A stretch of DNA of 64,000 nucleotides from Candidatus Babelota bacterium (lineage in GTDB: Bacteria > Babelota > Babeliae > Babelales > CAIQNR01), in NCBI GenBank assembly GCA_965658655.1, contig CBFHTA010000001.1:360722-424721 (forward strand), given 5' to 3'. Within the stretch, counting starts at the first letter, position 1. Every line of letters begins with the position of its first letter. The notes beneath the pieces were generated by a model that was not told the origin of the DNA, did no database searches, and was given only the letters and a program-made list of their open reading frames with translations. A program made the position numbers and the translations under genes. Below are positions 1-10,150 of this stretch, in pieces.

Positions 1-1103
1 CAGCTATTAAACCTGTGTTTGTTAAAAAAACATTAGAAAAAATTGGATTTGAAGTTACAGATACAAAGGGTGTTTATACCGTTACGGTGCCAACGTATCG
101 AGCAACTAAAGATATTGATATTCCAGAAGACATTGTAGAAGAAGTAGGGCGTTTCTATGGTTATGGTTCCTTACCACTTGAGCTTCCACAAATCACGAGT
201 ATTCCTGAGAAAGACCTTGCAACAGACCGCGTAGACCTTATTAAACAGATGCTTGCGGCAAATGTTCATATGCACGAAGTTCAAAACTATGGTTTTTTCG
301 ATAATGAATTCTTAAAACAAATTAATTGGAAATTGCATCGTCCAGTAAGGTTAGCTAATGCCATTTCAGAGCAACGCACTGTTCTTGCAACCTGTTTATT
401 ACCAGGGCTTTTGCAGAATGTGGTAGAAAACAAAGGCGCTAAAGATGAATTGCGTTTCTTTGAGTGGGGTCGTGTTTGGCGTGTTAATGCAAAGAATAAA
501 AATAAAGTAGATGAACATAGAATTCTTGCAGGCCTTTTTTATAAACGTAAAGGCGATATTGATTTTTACAATGCCAAGCAGGAGCTCGAAGAGTTATTTG
601 CTTCGATTGGTTTAAACCTGGAATGGAAAAAAGCAAAAAATCCTTCGCAATGGGCAAGTAAATACCAGACAGCCGACTTATTCTACAATGGTAAGAATAT
701 TGGTAATGCTGGTAGAATTGCAAAATCAAAACTTGCTGCCATTGGAGGTGGAGATGCGTTTGGTTTTGAACTATGCGGAGATTTCTTAGTTGAATTTGTG
801 CCTGCCATTACCAAGTTTAAAGAACTTCCAAAGTATCAGGCGACGTCGCTTGATGTAAGTGTTATGGTCCCTTCAAAAACGACAGTGGCAGATTTAGAGA
901 ATGCGATTGTAAAAGCCGATAAACGTATTTTTGATGTAGCGCTTCAAGATGTTTTTGTGAAGGATGATTGGGAAAATAAAAAATCTATTACGTTGCGTTT
1001 CTTCGTGAGAGATAATGAAAAGACCCTTAAAAAAGCAGATATTGATGCGGTGCATGGTGCGGTTGAAAAAGCACTTAAGAAACAGGGAGCTGAAGTTCGA
1101 TGA
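1..1103 (+). CDS. pheT: Phenylalanine--tRNA ligase beta subunit (5' truncated by window edge)
   Basis: B5 motif VPTYR..DI...EDIVEEVGRFYGY, catalytic-like domain (LRFFEWGRV) and C-terminal FDX-ACB domain; frame is open to the left edge. Confidence 0.95.
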   Translation, partial: AIKPVFVKKTLEKIGFEVTDTKGVYTVTVPTYRATKDIDIPEDIVEEVGRFYGYGSLPLELPQITSIPEKDLATDRVDLIKQMLAANVHMHEVQNYGFFDNEFLKQINWKLHRPVRLANAISEQRTVLATCLLPGLLQNVVENKGAKDELRFFEWGRVWRVNAKNKNKVDEHRILAGLFYKRKGDIDFYNAKQELEELFASIGLNLEWKKAKNPSQWASKYQTADLFYNGKNIGNAGRIAKSKLAAIGGGDAFGFELCGDFLVEFVPAITKFKELPKYQATSLDVSVMVPSKTTVADLENAIVKADKRIFDVALQDVFVKDDWENKKSITLRFFVRDNEKTLKKADIDAVHGAVEKALKKQGAEVR

Positions 1104-1546
1104 CCTATAATAATAAAGCTTTATGGCTATTGCTGCTACTTGATCGCATTGTAAAGCGTATTATTGTATATGCACATGTGTGTCCTGTAAGGGTATCTCC
1201 CTTTTTAGCATGTCAACCAACGTTAAATCGTGGGATTTCTTGGAGCATGTTTGCTAATGCTGGACCAAATGTTTTTTATATAATTACTGCAGTTATTGGG
1301 TTATTTCTCTTTGGTTTTGCATGGTACACTCATAAGCGTGCAGAAGCTGATTATGATACGTTTGGCGAAATGCTGGTTTTGGTTGGTGGAACATCTAATT
1401 TTCTTGATCGTTTAATCTATGGTGGTGTTGTAGACTTTATTCAAGTGTCGTTTGGGAAATGGTCTTTTCCTATTTTTAACTTTGCCGACATTTATATTGT
1501 CTTAGGTGTTGGAATTATGATTTATACTACGATTATAGAAGAGTAA
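1100..1546 (+). CDS. lspA: Lipoprotein signal peptidase II
   Basis: NRGISWS, GGTSNFLDR, VVDFI and FNFAD motifs; ATGA overlap with pheT. Confidence 0.93.
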   Translation: MTYNNKALWLLLLLDRIVKRIIVYAHVCPVRVSPFLACQPTLNRGISWSMFANAGPNVFYIITAVIGLFLFGFAWYTHKRAEADYDTFGEMLVLVGGTSNFLDRLIYGGVVDFIQVSFGKWSFPIFNFADIYIVLGVGIMIYTTIIEE

Positions 1547-1549
1547 CGT

Positions 1550-2194
1550 TTGAATCTTTTAGCCCAGCTGCAACAAGTTTTTTTCCCTCCATTTTGTTCT
1601 TATTGCAAAGAATTTCTTGCTCAAGAGACGATTCTTTGTACTGCTTGTTTTGAACGTATTAAACCGGTAGTTACATATCCATTACAAGTTACTAAAAGAT
1701 GTGAAGTACCGGTGTTTGCAGTGAGTGGGTATCATGATCCTTTGCGTGCTTTAATAAAAACTAAACATTTCCGTCAAAGAAGAACATCTCATGAATTGGG
1801 ACAACTTTTGTGGAATATGACTAATTTGCAGCACCAAAAATTTGATATTATTGTTCCCATACCTTTGCATTGGTCACGGTATGCCTGGCGATGGTTTAAT
1901 CAAGCAGAAGAAATTGCAAAAGTCATTGCAAGTAAAAGTAATAAGCCGGTGGTTAACCTTTTAAAACGAACACGTAAAACAAAATTTCAAATGGGGTTAA
2001 CTCGAAAAGAACGAATTAAGAACATTGCTGATGTTTTTGAGTTAACAGCAGATGCTCATTTGTATAAGAACAAGCGTATTCTTGTGGTTGACGATGTTTT
2101 GACAACTGGTACCACACTTAAAGAAGCGATTAAGCAAGTTCGCCGATTGGTCCCGGGCGATCTAAAGGTTGCCGTTGTAGCTCGGGTTCTTTAG
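1550..2194 (+). CDS. comF: ComF family protein (double zinc ribbon + phosphoribosyltransferase)
   Basis: FFPPFCSYC..LCTAC, PIPLH, FNQA and VVDDVLTTGTT PRT motif. Confidence 0.88.
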   Translation: MNLLAQLQQVFFPPFCSYCKEFLAQETILCTACFERIKPVVTYPLQVTKRCEVPVFAVSGYHDPLRALIKTKHFRQRRTSHELGQLLWNMTNLQHQKFDIIVPIPLHWSRYAWRWFNQAEEIAKVIASKSNKPVVNLLKRTRKTKFQMGLTRKERIKNIADVFELTADAHLYKNKRILVVDDVLTTGTTLKEAIKQVRRLVPGDLKVAVVARVL

Positions 2195-2630
2195 CTTTTA
2201 ATTTTTCTATAAGCGATTGTGGAGCTTTTTTCGCTATAGCAATTTTAAGCGGGGTTTCTTCTTTGTAGGGTATTGATGAATCTGCTCCCTCATCTAAGAG
2301 TCTTTCGGCAGCGCGAAAACCTGTCTGTGTTCCATAAGTTAAAGCGTAAAGAAAGGTTGATATTGAGCGGGGATTTCTGTATTTATCTTGTATAGTAATG
2401 CTACTGGTAGCGAGCAGTTTTACTTTGTCTCCTAGTTCTTCAAAAAATTCATTCAGCTTGTGTGTATGAATAGCTTGTGTAAAATCTCTTTTTTCTTTAT
2501 AGGTTATCCCTGCTTCATGAGGATATCTCCTCTGCTCTATGGGTCCAAAATCTATAGGTCCAAATGCACATATTATTGGCATCATTGTACTGCAAAAAAT
2601 GGCTATAAGTATTCTTTGTCGTTGATTCAT
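2130..2630 (-). CDS. Exported protein with ankyrin-like repeat
   Basis: N-terminal signal-like segment; LLDEGADS...ETPLKIAI ankyrin-like motif; 3' overlap with comF. Confidence 0.6.
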   Translation of the reverse strand: MNQRQRILIAIFCSTMMPIICAFGPIDFGPIEQRRYPHEAGITYKEKRDFTQAIHTHKLNEFFEELGDKVKLLATSSITIQDKYRNPRSISTFLYALTYGTQTGFRAAERLLDEGADSSIPYKEETPLKIAIAKKAPQSLIEKLKAKEPELQRQPLDRPGPIGELA

Positions 2631-2721
2631 TTTCTCTTTTGCCTCGTTTTATAATCTATGTTACATTACATTATCGCTCTATTAGGATAGGCAAAAAAAC
2701 CATTTATAGTAAGGAGTTACG

Positions 2722-3771
2722 GTGTCTATGAACAGAAGTATTAAGATGAAAAGGGGAATGACAGGGTTGGCGATTGTATCACTAATGTTGTTGCCTGGAT
2801 GTGGTATTCTTAACTTTGTGAAAAGCAAAATGGGTTCTTCTGATACACCAAAACATGTTCCTTCTCATGCTGAAGAAGCTTCTAGTACTCCTGTAGATGA
2901 CGGTAGTAAAGTGCTTATGTCTATTGATGGTAAGCCTGTTATTACAGAAAAATCTTTTGATGAATATTATCAGCAATTTATAAGTACTAATCCGCAGCTA
3001 CAAGCTATGATTCAGTTTATGCCCAACGCAAAAAAAGAAATTTTCAGTGGTATGGCTAATGAACGTCTTTTGATCACTTGGGGTGAAAAAAATAACATTC
3101 ATACTGATAAAGATTACCAAGCACAACTTAACCAAGCTGTGCGTATGGTTAAAACTAACTTGGCTGCAAAGCGTTTTGAAAAAGACATTATTGGGCCAAT
3201 TGAAGTTACAGATAAAGAGATGCGTGAATATTATGATTCGCACAAAGATCCAGAGTTAATTGTTACTCCAGGTGGTATTAAAGCTATAGGTAAGCAGTTT
3301 GATTCTAAAGAACAAGCGCAAACATTATTTGATAAAGTAAAAGATTCTCCAAATACTTTTAAAGTTGACGCTGGAAAAGGGGTACAAGATTTTGCTCCTA
3401 TTAACAAAGCAAGCTTTGATGTAGACACTAGTGTTAAAGAAAAAGTATTAGCAGTTGGTAGTTTCCCTAAAGTGTTAATGGTAGAAGGTACTGATAAAAA
3501 GTACTGGGTGGTTGTTGCGCTTAAAAAAGAAGAAGGGAAATACCGTCCGTTTGATGAAGTTAAAGATGGTTTAAAGAAAATGATTGAACGCGATAAGACA
3601 ATGAAACTTTATACAGAAAAAATTTCAACGCTTAAAAAAGAATATAAAGTTACAGAAGACCTTAGTTCTTTGGAGTCATCAGGAATGCCAGCAGGGCTTC
3701 CAGCAGGAATACTTCAAGGTGCGTCAGGCGATGACAAACCAAAAAAGAGTGGCGGCGTTAGATCGTTATAA
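2722..3771 (+). CDS. PrsA/PpiC-type foldase lipoprotein
   Basis: Lipobox LLPGC, IDGKPVIT, IEVTDKEMREYYDSHK and RPFDEVKD are typical of PrsA/SurA chaperones; parvulin domain is degenerate. Confidence 0.75.
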   Translation: MSMNRSIKMKRGMTGLAIVSLMLLPGCGILNFVKSKMGSSDTPKHVPSHAEEASSTPVDDGSKVLMSIDGKPVITEKSFDEYYQQFISTNPQLQAMIQFMPNAKKEIFSGMANERLLITWGEKNNIHTDKDYQAQLNQAVRMVKTNLAAKRFEKDIIGPIEVTDKEMREYYDSHKDPELIVTPGGIKAIGKQFDSKEQAQTLFDKVKDSPNTFKVDAGKGVQDFAPINKASFDVDTSVKEKVLAVGSFPKVLMVEGTDKKYWVVVALKKEEGKYRPFDEVKDGLKKMIERDKTMKLYTEKISTLKKEYKVTEDLSSLESSGMPAGLPAGILQGASGDDKPKKSGGVRSL

Positions 3772-3800
3772 GAGTTAAGAAAGTATATAAAGATAGTAAT

Positions 3801-3840
3801 GAGTCATCCTGCTTCAACGAGCAGGGTGACTCACTTTATT
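3801..3840 (+). terminator. Stem-loop after prsA-like gene
   Basis: gagtcatcctgct-tcaacg-agcagggtgactc stem followed by actttatt. Confidence 0.6.
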
Positions 3841-3854
3841 ATGGGTAGAAACAT

Positions 3855-4841
3855 ATGAAAAAAGATATTTTATTAGTGTTGTTAGCAGCAACAACACTTT
3901 CTGCAAAAGAACCGGTTAAGGTTGATACAGTAGATAAAACTATAGAGTCTTCTATTAAAAAAAATCCTCAGAAGAAAGAGGCGTCTCTTGTAAGAAAAGA
4001 AAATACTACAACCAATAAAATAGATACATCTAAAAAAACTGTAGCAAAGAAGAAACTCGTTTTAGAAGATGAGATTGGTGCTATTATTCATACTAGTCCT
4101 GAGCATGAGCCAATTTTGTTAACACGTAAAGAATTGAATCGTTTGTCTATTAATGGTACTCCGCAAACAAAAGAAGAAGTTATTCGAGCAAGAAAAATAG
4201 AATACGAAGGAGTACATGTTTTTAAAATGCCTATTCCTGATGAAGCTATTACGGGGTACATGCGTTCTTTAAGAGAGGCGCATGGTATGACCGATGATCA
4301 ATTTAAACAAAAATTTGAAGAAGCTGGTTATTTGTATGAAGAAGGTATCGATGAACTACGAAGAATGTTAATTGTTGACCAACTTTTTAACTTTAAGATT
4401 AAATCTCGTTTAGTAGTACCTGAAGCTGATGTGCGTGCATATTATGATAAAAATCCACAAGAAGTGCCTGCGGCATATAATATTCGACAAGGGTTTTTAT
4501 CTAATGGTATTTTAACTTCTGAAGAAATTAAAGAACTGAGGCAAACGAGTAAGCATAGCAATCTTGTTGACTGGATGTCTCCATATTGGCGTTCTGAAGA
4601 TGACTTAGCAAGCTCTTTAAAACATATGAAAACATTGCCAGATGGTTCTGTTGCGGCAGTTCTTACTACTGGTAATGGTTATGAAGTTATTCAGCTTGTG
4701 AAAAAGCGTCCAAAACGTACACGTACGTTTGAAGAGTCTTACAAGGAAATTACTGATATTCTACAAAGACCACTCTTTGAGGAGCTGGTTAAAAAGTATG
4801 AGCAAGAGCTCGATAGAAAATACGAAGTTGAGTATTTATAA
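3855..4841 (+). CDS. SurA-like periplasmic chaperone
   Basis: Signal peptide; SurA N-domain-like helices, VPEADVRAYYDKN and RTFEES..EI. Confidence 0.7.
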   Translation: MKKDILLVLLAATTLSAKEPVKVDTVDKTIESSIKKNPQKKEASLVRKENTTTNKIDTSKKTVAKKKLVLEDEIGAIIHTSPEHEPILLTRKELNRLSINGTPQTKEEVIRARKIEYEGVHVFKMPIPDEAITGYMRSLREAHGMTDDQFKQKFEEAGYLYEEGIDELRRMLIVDQLFNFKIKSRLVVPEADVRAYYDKNPQEVPAAYNIRQGFLSNGILTSEEIKELRQTSKHSNLVDWMSPYWRSEDDLASSLKHMKTLPDGSVAAVLTTGNGYEVIQLVKKRPKRTRTFEESYKEITDILQRPLFEELVKKYEQELDRKYEVEYL

Positions 4842-4878
4842 ACGAGCAAAAATAACAAAGTAGTATTTTTTTTAAAGT

Positions 4879-6123
4879 TTAAGTTTCTGTTTCTTCGGTT
4901 AAGTCTTGAGATTGATTATAGAGCTCAAGAGCCTTTTGAGTCAGAAGCTTTTTCTTTGATTTATAGGCAGGTTTTTCTTCAAAGTAACTGTCTAGCAGTG
5001 TTGCTAGATCCATTTCTACTTTAAGACCTCTTCGTTTTTCTCTTGTGGCAACATTATGTATAGGAATAATACCAACTAGATAATGGGCGTTTGAGCAGGC
5101 TCGTTCTACTTTGCCTATATTTACACAGTCAGGTTGATTGTCTGGGATGTAGTATTTAATTTTCACTACAGCATTCACTAGTTCGTGTTTAGCAAGTGCA
5201 TCAAGAATTTGAGAAGTTTGATCTTCTTCGGATTCTTTGAGTTTTACTTCTACTTGAATAAACGGGCGGGTAGGAACCTCTATAAATTCATAACGTGTTT
5301 TTTTTCGTTCTGCAGAAACAAGACAAAAACCTTTAGGTTCTTTGCGTTCTCCAAAATCAATACGTTCTATAGATCCTGAATAGACAATGGCGGGGTATCC
5401 ATTTTTGTTTAAGTTTTGATAACGATGCAAATGGCCAAGTGCTACATAATCATACGGTTCAATAGCAAGTTGAGAAGGCATCAGTGTTGGGTCTGTTCCA
5501 TATACCGCACGTTTTTCAGATCCAGAAAATATTCCAGAGCTAACGGTCATGTGGCTTGCTAGTACGGAAGGAATAGTAGGGTCGCACTTTTGTGCAAAAT
5601 CTGTGATTAAAGTACCAACTGCTTCTGCAATATAGCGTGTGATATCTTCTGCCGATTGTAATAAATGCTTCTTGTTTAAACTAATGGTATTTCTAGTTGG
5701 CCATGGAATGCCTACAATTTGAATAGGACCATTTTTGGTTTCTAGTTTTAATAATTCTGGCTGACTCATAACATGGAACCCATCAAGAGGTACAGAATTA
5801 AATACTTCTAAACTATTAGCTTTACCAAAGCTCAAGGGGTTGTCATGATTACCAACTATAATAACAATAGGAATGCCTGCTTTGTACAAACGTAAAAAAC
5901 AACGCATAAATAATTTTTGTTGTGTAGGACTTGGATTTGCAGTTTTATAGGCATCGCCAGAAAATAAAAAGAAATCGATTTTTTCTTTAATGCCAATGTC
6001 TATGCAATGGTTAAGTGCGTTTTCAAAATCTAAGAGACGAGTATGAATACCCGTCTCTGGATCTATCTTTCCGTAGTTTTCCATTCCAAAATGTATGTCA
6101 GCGGTGTGTATAAATTTGATCAT
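4879..6123 (-). CDS. sbcD: Nuclease SbcCD subunit D (Mre11 family)
   Basis: HTADIHFG, SGD, GNHD, YVALGHLH and YSGS.ERIDFGE motifs. Confidence 0.92.
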   Translation of the reverse strand: MIKFIHTADIHFGMENYGKIDPETGIHTRLLDFENALNHCIDIGIKEKIDFFLFSGDAYKTANPSPTQQKLFMRCFLRLYKAGIPIVIIVGNHDNPLSFGKANSLEVFNSVPLDGFHVMSQPELLKLETKNGPIQIVGIPWPTRNTISLNKKHLLQSAEDITRYIAEAVGTLITDFAQKCDPTIPSVLASHMTVSSGIFSGSEKRAVYGTDPTLMPSQLAIEPYDYVALGHLHRYQNLNKNGYPAIVYSGSIERIDFGERKEPKGFCLVSAERKKTRYEFIEVPTRPFIQVEVKLKESEEDQTSQILDALAKHELVNAVVKIKYYIPDNQPDCVNIGKVERACSNAHYLVGIIPIHNVATREKRRGLKVEMDLATLLDSYFEEKPAYKSKKKLLTQKALELYNQSQDLTEETET

Positions 6124-6131
6124 AAATTCGA

Positions 6132-6181
6132 GTCATCCTGAGTGGTTTTTGAACCTTGTGGAAAAAATGTATTCAAGGATC
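6132..6181. repeat. REP-like palindromic element
   Basis: gtcatcctgagtg-ttttt...aaaaa-tgtattcaaggatc imperfect palindrome in the glmU-sbcD gap. Confidence 0.5.
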
Positions 6182-6189
6182 AAATTCAT

Positions 6190-7644
6190 CTACTGGTTGT
6201 TTTCAAAATTCTTGCTTTTGACTGCTGCTAAAAAAGGGGATGACCCCTCCTTTTCAGTGTCAGTTTTTTTGTTTTTGATTTTGTCTACGTAACCTTCTTT
6301 ATTAACCTGTCGTTCACGCGCAATGGCGAGTGCACCTTCTGGGACTTCTGTGGTTATAGTAGACCCAGCTGCAGTGAACGCTTTCTTTTTAATAGTAATT
6401 GGGGCAACCAAAGTATTATTGCTTCCAATAAAGGCTTCATCTTCAATTCGTGTTCGGTATTTACCAGTACCATCGTAATTGCAGGTAATGGTTCCAGCAC
6501 CAATATTTACTGAGTTGCCAACAACTGCATCACCCAAGTAACTTAAGTGTTTTGCTTTGGAATTTTTTCCGACAGTACTTCGTTTAATTTCTACAAAGTT
6601 GCCAACAGAGGCTCCATCTTGCAGTATAGAATCTTGCCATACATGTGCGAATGGGCCAACTTCTACTCCAGAGCCAATAGTGGTATCAGAAACAATAGTA
6701 TGAGCATGAATAGTGGTGTTGTCTGCTATGCATGTATCTTTAACTAATGAGAAAGCACCAATAGAGCAATTTTCTCCTACGATGGTTGATCCAAGCAGTT
6801 GTGCTCCAGATTCAATAGAGCTTCCTGCACCAATAGTTACACCGCGATCAATCTGCACGTTGTGAGCAATAGAGAATCGAACACCGTGGTCCATCCAGTA
6901 TTTTACAATTTCTGCTTTAAGAATTTGCTCTGCAGCCCATAGTTCTTTAAATGTATTGATTCCACGAATCTTATCAAAAGCAGCAGTGGTTGTTCCTACA
7001 GCAAGTTTTTCATCACTGGCTATTTTAACTAAGTCTGTAATGTACCATTCATTAGTTACAGAACTTTGTGTGAGTTTCTCCATGCTTTTTTCTAAGAATG
7101 TTCTCTTGATTAAATATACACCAGCATTGATAAAGCAATTTTCGGTTATGTCACCAGTGAATTCTTTTGCTTCTACAATAGAAATAGAAGTGTCATCTTT
7201 AACTACTCGGCCATAGTTTCGAGCAGTAGGTTCACAATTATGAGAAGTTACAAAACTTATTGCAGCGTCTTGTTCTTTATGTTTTGCATACAATTCTTCA
7301 ACAATCTCTGTTGTTACTAAAGGCATATCGCCGTTCATAACAAGAATGTGATCTTTTATCCAGGTTGGTTGGGAGGTTTTTATGGCGTCTCCGGTTCCCC
7401 GTTGTTCGGTTTGCTCAACAAAAAGGACAGAGTCTTTAAAGTGCTTTTCGATAGTTTCTTCCACAAGTTCTTTTTGGAATCCTACTACCATGGTAACTGG
7501 AACATTGAGTGAGGTAAAAAGCTTTGTAGGGTATACAACCATTTCTTGGCCGCATAACTTTTCTATTAGCTTTGTTTTTCCTGTTTTAAACCGAGATGAT
7601 TTTCCTGCGGCTAAGATAACTGCTTGGACATCTTTGAGAGCCAT
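6190..7644 (-). CDS. glmU: Bifunctional UDP-GlcNAc pyrophosphorylase/glucosamine-1-P acetyltransferase
   Basis: ILAAGKSSR, QRGTGDA, hexapeptide repeats, GNFVEIK, HLSYLGDA and GAGTITCNYDG. Confidence 0.96.
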   Translation of the reverse strand: MALKDVQAVILAAGKSSRFKTGKTKLIEKLCGQEMVVYPTKLFTSLNVPVTMVVGFQKELVEETIEKHFKDSVLFVEQTEQRGTGDAIKTSQPTWIKDHILVMNGDMPLVTTEIVEELYAKHKEQDAAISFVTSHNCEPTARNYGRVVKDDTSISIVEAKEFTGDITENCFINAGVYLIKRTFLEKSMEKLTQSSVTNEWYITDLVKIASDEKLAVGTTTAAFDKIRGINTFKELWAAEQILKAEIVKYWMDHGVRFSIAHNVQIDRGVTIGAGSSIESGAQLLGSTIVGENCSIGAFSLVKDTCIADNTTIHAHTIVSDTTIGSGVEVGPFAHVWQDSILQDGASVGNFVEIKRSTVGKNSKAKHLSYLGDAVVGNSVNIGAGTITCNYDGTGKYRTRIEDEAFIGSNNTLVAPITIKKKAFTAAGSTITTEVPEGALAIARERQVNKEGYVDKIKNKKTDTEKEGSSPFLAAVKSKNFENNQ

Positions 7645-7831
7645 GGATACTCCCTCTCTTTTATTATATAAACAATACGATACACTAGTTTTTGAATTTT
7701 AAGCTATCATAAAAATGTTGGGGCGTCTAAAATCTTACCTTTTGTGTTTCTATCAAGCTTGACTAACACTAGCAACTGTTTACTCTATATACACTATAAT
7801 TACGATGTATTCTAATCATGGATAGTAAGTT

Positions 7832-9073
7832 ATGACAATAAAACAGGTAGTACTGGTAATATCAGCTTTAGTGGCAACTTCTGATGCGTACGCAATGGCA
7901 ATCAATAACCGTTACTTGCCTTCGTATACGCAACCTTTTGGAAGAACTCTCGATACTCGTTCTCATATGCATGGAAAACTCTTTTTTATGACTGCAGACA
8001 AAGCGTTTGCGCGTTCTGATGAGGAAAGAGGAATTCCTGAGGTTTGGGGAAAATATGATCAGCGATTAGCTAGTGATGTACTTCTTTCGATGGGGATTGT
8101 TAATCCCGCAATATTACTTGCTCAATGGCAAGCTGAAAACAAAATAATATGGGAAGTAGATCAGAAGATTGAAGCGCAGGGTTTTTCATTTGATGGTGAG
8201 TGGAATATAGGTCGCGGAATTTCTTTTGGTGGATCATGTGCTTTTATGCGTGCTAATTCTAATTTAACATTTTCTATTCCGGTTGTTACACGAAGAGATA
8301 TGGGTTTAACCACTCCTCAAGAGAATCAGCTTGATCGTCAACGGCGAGATATGAACAAATTAATTGGAATTACAAGTACTCAGTGGAGTAACACAGGATT
8401 TTCTGACGCACAATTGTATGTTCGTTGGGGAAATGTATGGGATTACAAACTTAAAAGTCGAGAAGTAGATGCTGGTATTAAGACAGGTGTTTATTTTCCT
8501 TTAGCTGAAAAACGAGATGAAAATAATCCGGCTTCAATTCCGTTTGGTTCAAACGGATTGTACGGAATTTTCTTTGCAGGTGACCTTGCGTTGGAGATCA
8601 AAGAAGATTGGACCTTCGGAATGGCATTGCAATTGAGTAAGCATTTTACTCGCATACAAATCCGTCGTTTGCCGGTAAAGAAAGAAAATTATTTATTTGG
8701 TGGAACTACAGGAAACGTTAAAGTTGATCCCGGAGTTACTTTTCTTTGGAATCCTTTTGTAAGGTTGGGTGATTTGCGTGATGGGTGGAGTGTGCATGTT
8801 GGTTTCACTTTAACTAATCATGCAGGTGATGTATGGACCGATAAACGTTCTGATAAAACAATTACTATTGATTTAAATGACATTCATAAAGTTTCAAAAT
8901 GGCAATCTGAGTACTTATCTTTATATGTTTCGTATGATCCAAGTAAAATAACAAAAGATCATAGAATAAATCCAATTTTCACAATTAATTGGGATGCTCC
9001 AGTAAGAGTTTTTGCTGCAGAAGAGGTAGCAAAAACACATAAGATAGCTTTAGGTATTGCTTTTGATTTCTAA
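7832..9073 (+). CDS. Putative outer-membrane beta-barrel protein (lineage-specific)
   Basis: Signal peptide, alternating amphipathic strands, C-terminal GIAFDF; resembles 39115..40518. Confidence 0.6.
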   Translation: MTIKQVVLVISALVATSDAYAMAINNRYLPSYTQPFGRTLDTRSHMHGKLFFMTADKAFARSDEERGIPEVWGKYDQRLASDVLLSMGIVNPAILLAQWQAENKIIWEVDQKIEAQGFSFDGEWNIGRGISFGGSCAFMRANSNLTFSIPVVTRRDMGLTTPQENQLDRQRRDMNKLIGITSTQWSNTGFSDAQLYVRWGNVWDYKLKSREVDAGIKTGVYFPLAEKRDENNPASIPFGSNGLYGIFFAGDLALEIKEDWTFGMALQLSKHFTRIQIRRLPVKKENYLFGGTTGNVKVDPGVTFLWNPFVRLGDLRDGWSVHVGFTLTNHAGDVWTDKRSDKTITIDLNDIHKVSKWQSEYLSLYVSYDPSKITKDHRINPIFTINWDAPVRVFAAEEVAKTHKIALGIAFDF

Positions 9074-9091
9074 CATTTTTGGAGAGAGTAA

Positions 9092-10147
9092 ATGAAAAAA
9101 TGGAAAAATTTTTTTCCCGCACAACGCATTTTTGGTTTTTTTTCTAATGACATTGCTATTGATTTAGGTACAGCTAATACTGTGGTGTATGTACGAGGAA
9201 AAGGAATTGTATTAAATGAACCTTCAGTAGTAGCGGTAAAAGCTAACACACACGAAGTGCTTGCTGCAGGAACAAAAGCAAAAGAAATGTTGGGTAAAAC
9301 ACCAGAATCTATTATTGCTTGTCGTCCTATGCGAGATGGAGTCATTGCTAACTTTGAATTAACTGAAGCTATGATTCGTCATTTTATTCGTGCCGTTCAT
9401 AATGATCGTAGAACATTGGTGAGTCCTCGCATGGTTATAGGATTACCATCTGGTGTTACCCAAGTAGAAAAACGTGCGGTTGAAGAATGTGCACGTCATG
9501 CAGGAGCAAGAGAGGTATATCCTATTATGGAGCCAATGGCGGCTGCAATTGGAGCGGGATTGCCAGTGCAAGAACCAGCAGGAAGCATGGTTGTTGATAT
9601 TGGCGGTGGAACAACTGAGGTTGCGGTAATTACGCTTCAAGGAGTTGTGTTTTGCCAATCAGTGCGTGTTGGTGGAGACGAAATGGATCGAGCCTTAGTT
9701 CACTACATAAAACGTAAATATAACTTGTTAATCGGTGAACGTACTGCTGAGCAAGTTAAAATGACTATTGGTTCTGCCATGTTGAATCCAGAAATAGAAA
9801 AGATGGTTATGCCGGTTAAAGGTCGTGATCTAGTAACTGGTGTGCCTAAAACTATTAACCTTACGGGTGTAGAGGTTCATGAGTCATTACTCGAAATAGT
9901 TTCTCAAATTGTGGACGTGGTACGCGTTGCGCTTGAAAGTACTGCGCCAGAACTCTCGTCAGATCTCGTAGATCGTGGTATTATGATGGCTGGTGGGGGA
10001 TCTTTACTCTCAGGACTCGATAGATTAATTTCGAAAGAAACTGGTTTGCCGGTTAAGGTTGCGGAAGATCCATTATTTTGTGTGGTTCGCGGGGCAGGAA
10101 AAGTGGTCGAAGAGCTTGACTCATTCCGTGATGTTTTAATGAAGTAG
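9092..10147 (+). CDS. mreB: Rod shape-determining actin-like protein MreB
   Basis: IDLGTANT, EPSVVA, EPMAAAIGAG and VDIGGGTTE. Confidence 0.97.
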   Translation: MKKWKNFFPAQRIFGFFSNDIAIDLGTANTVVYVRGKGIVLNEPSVVAVKANTHEVLAAGTKAKEMLGKTPESIIACRPMRDGVIANFELTEAMIRHFIRAVHNDRRTLVSPRMVIGLPSGVTQVEKRAVEECARHAGAREVYPIMEPMAAAIGAGLPVQEPAGSMVVDIGGGTTEVAVITLQGVVFCQSVRVGGDEMDRALVHYIKRKYNLLIGERTAEQVKMTIGSAMLNPEIEKMVMPVKGRDLVTGVPKTINLTGVEVHESLLEIVSQIVDVVRVALESTAPELSSDLVDRGIMMAGGGSLLSGLDRLISKETGLPVKVAEDPLFCVVRGAGKVVEELDSFRDVLMK

Positions 10148-10150
10148 GCT

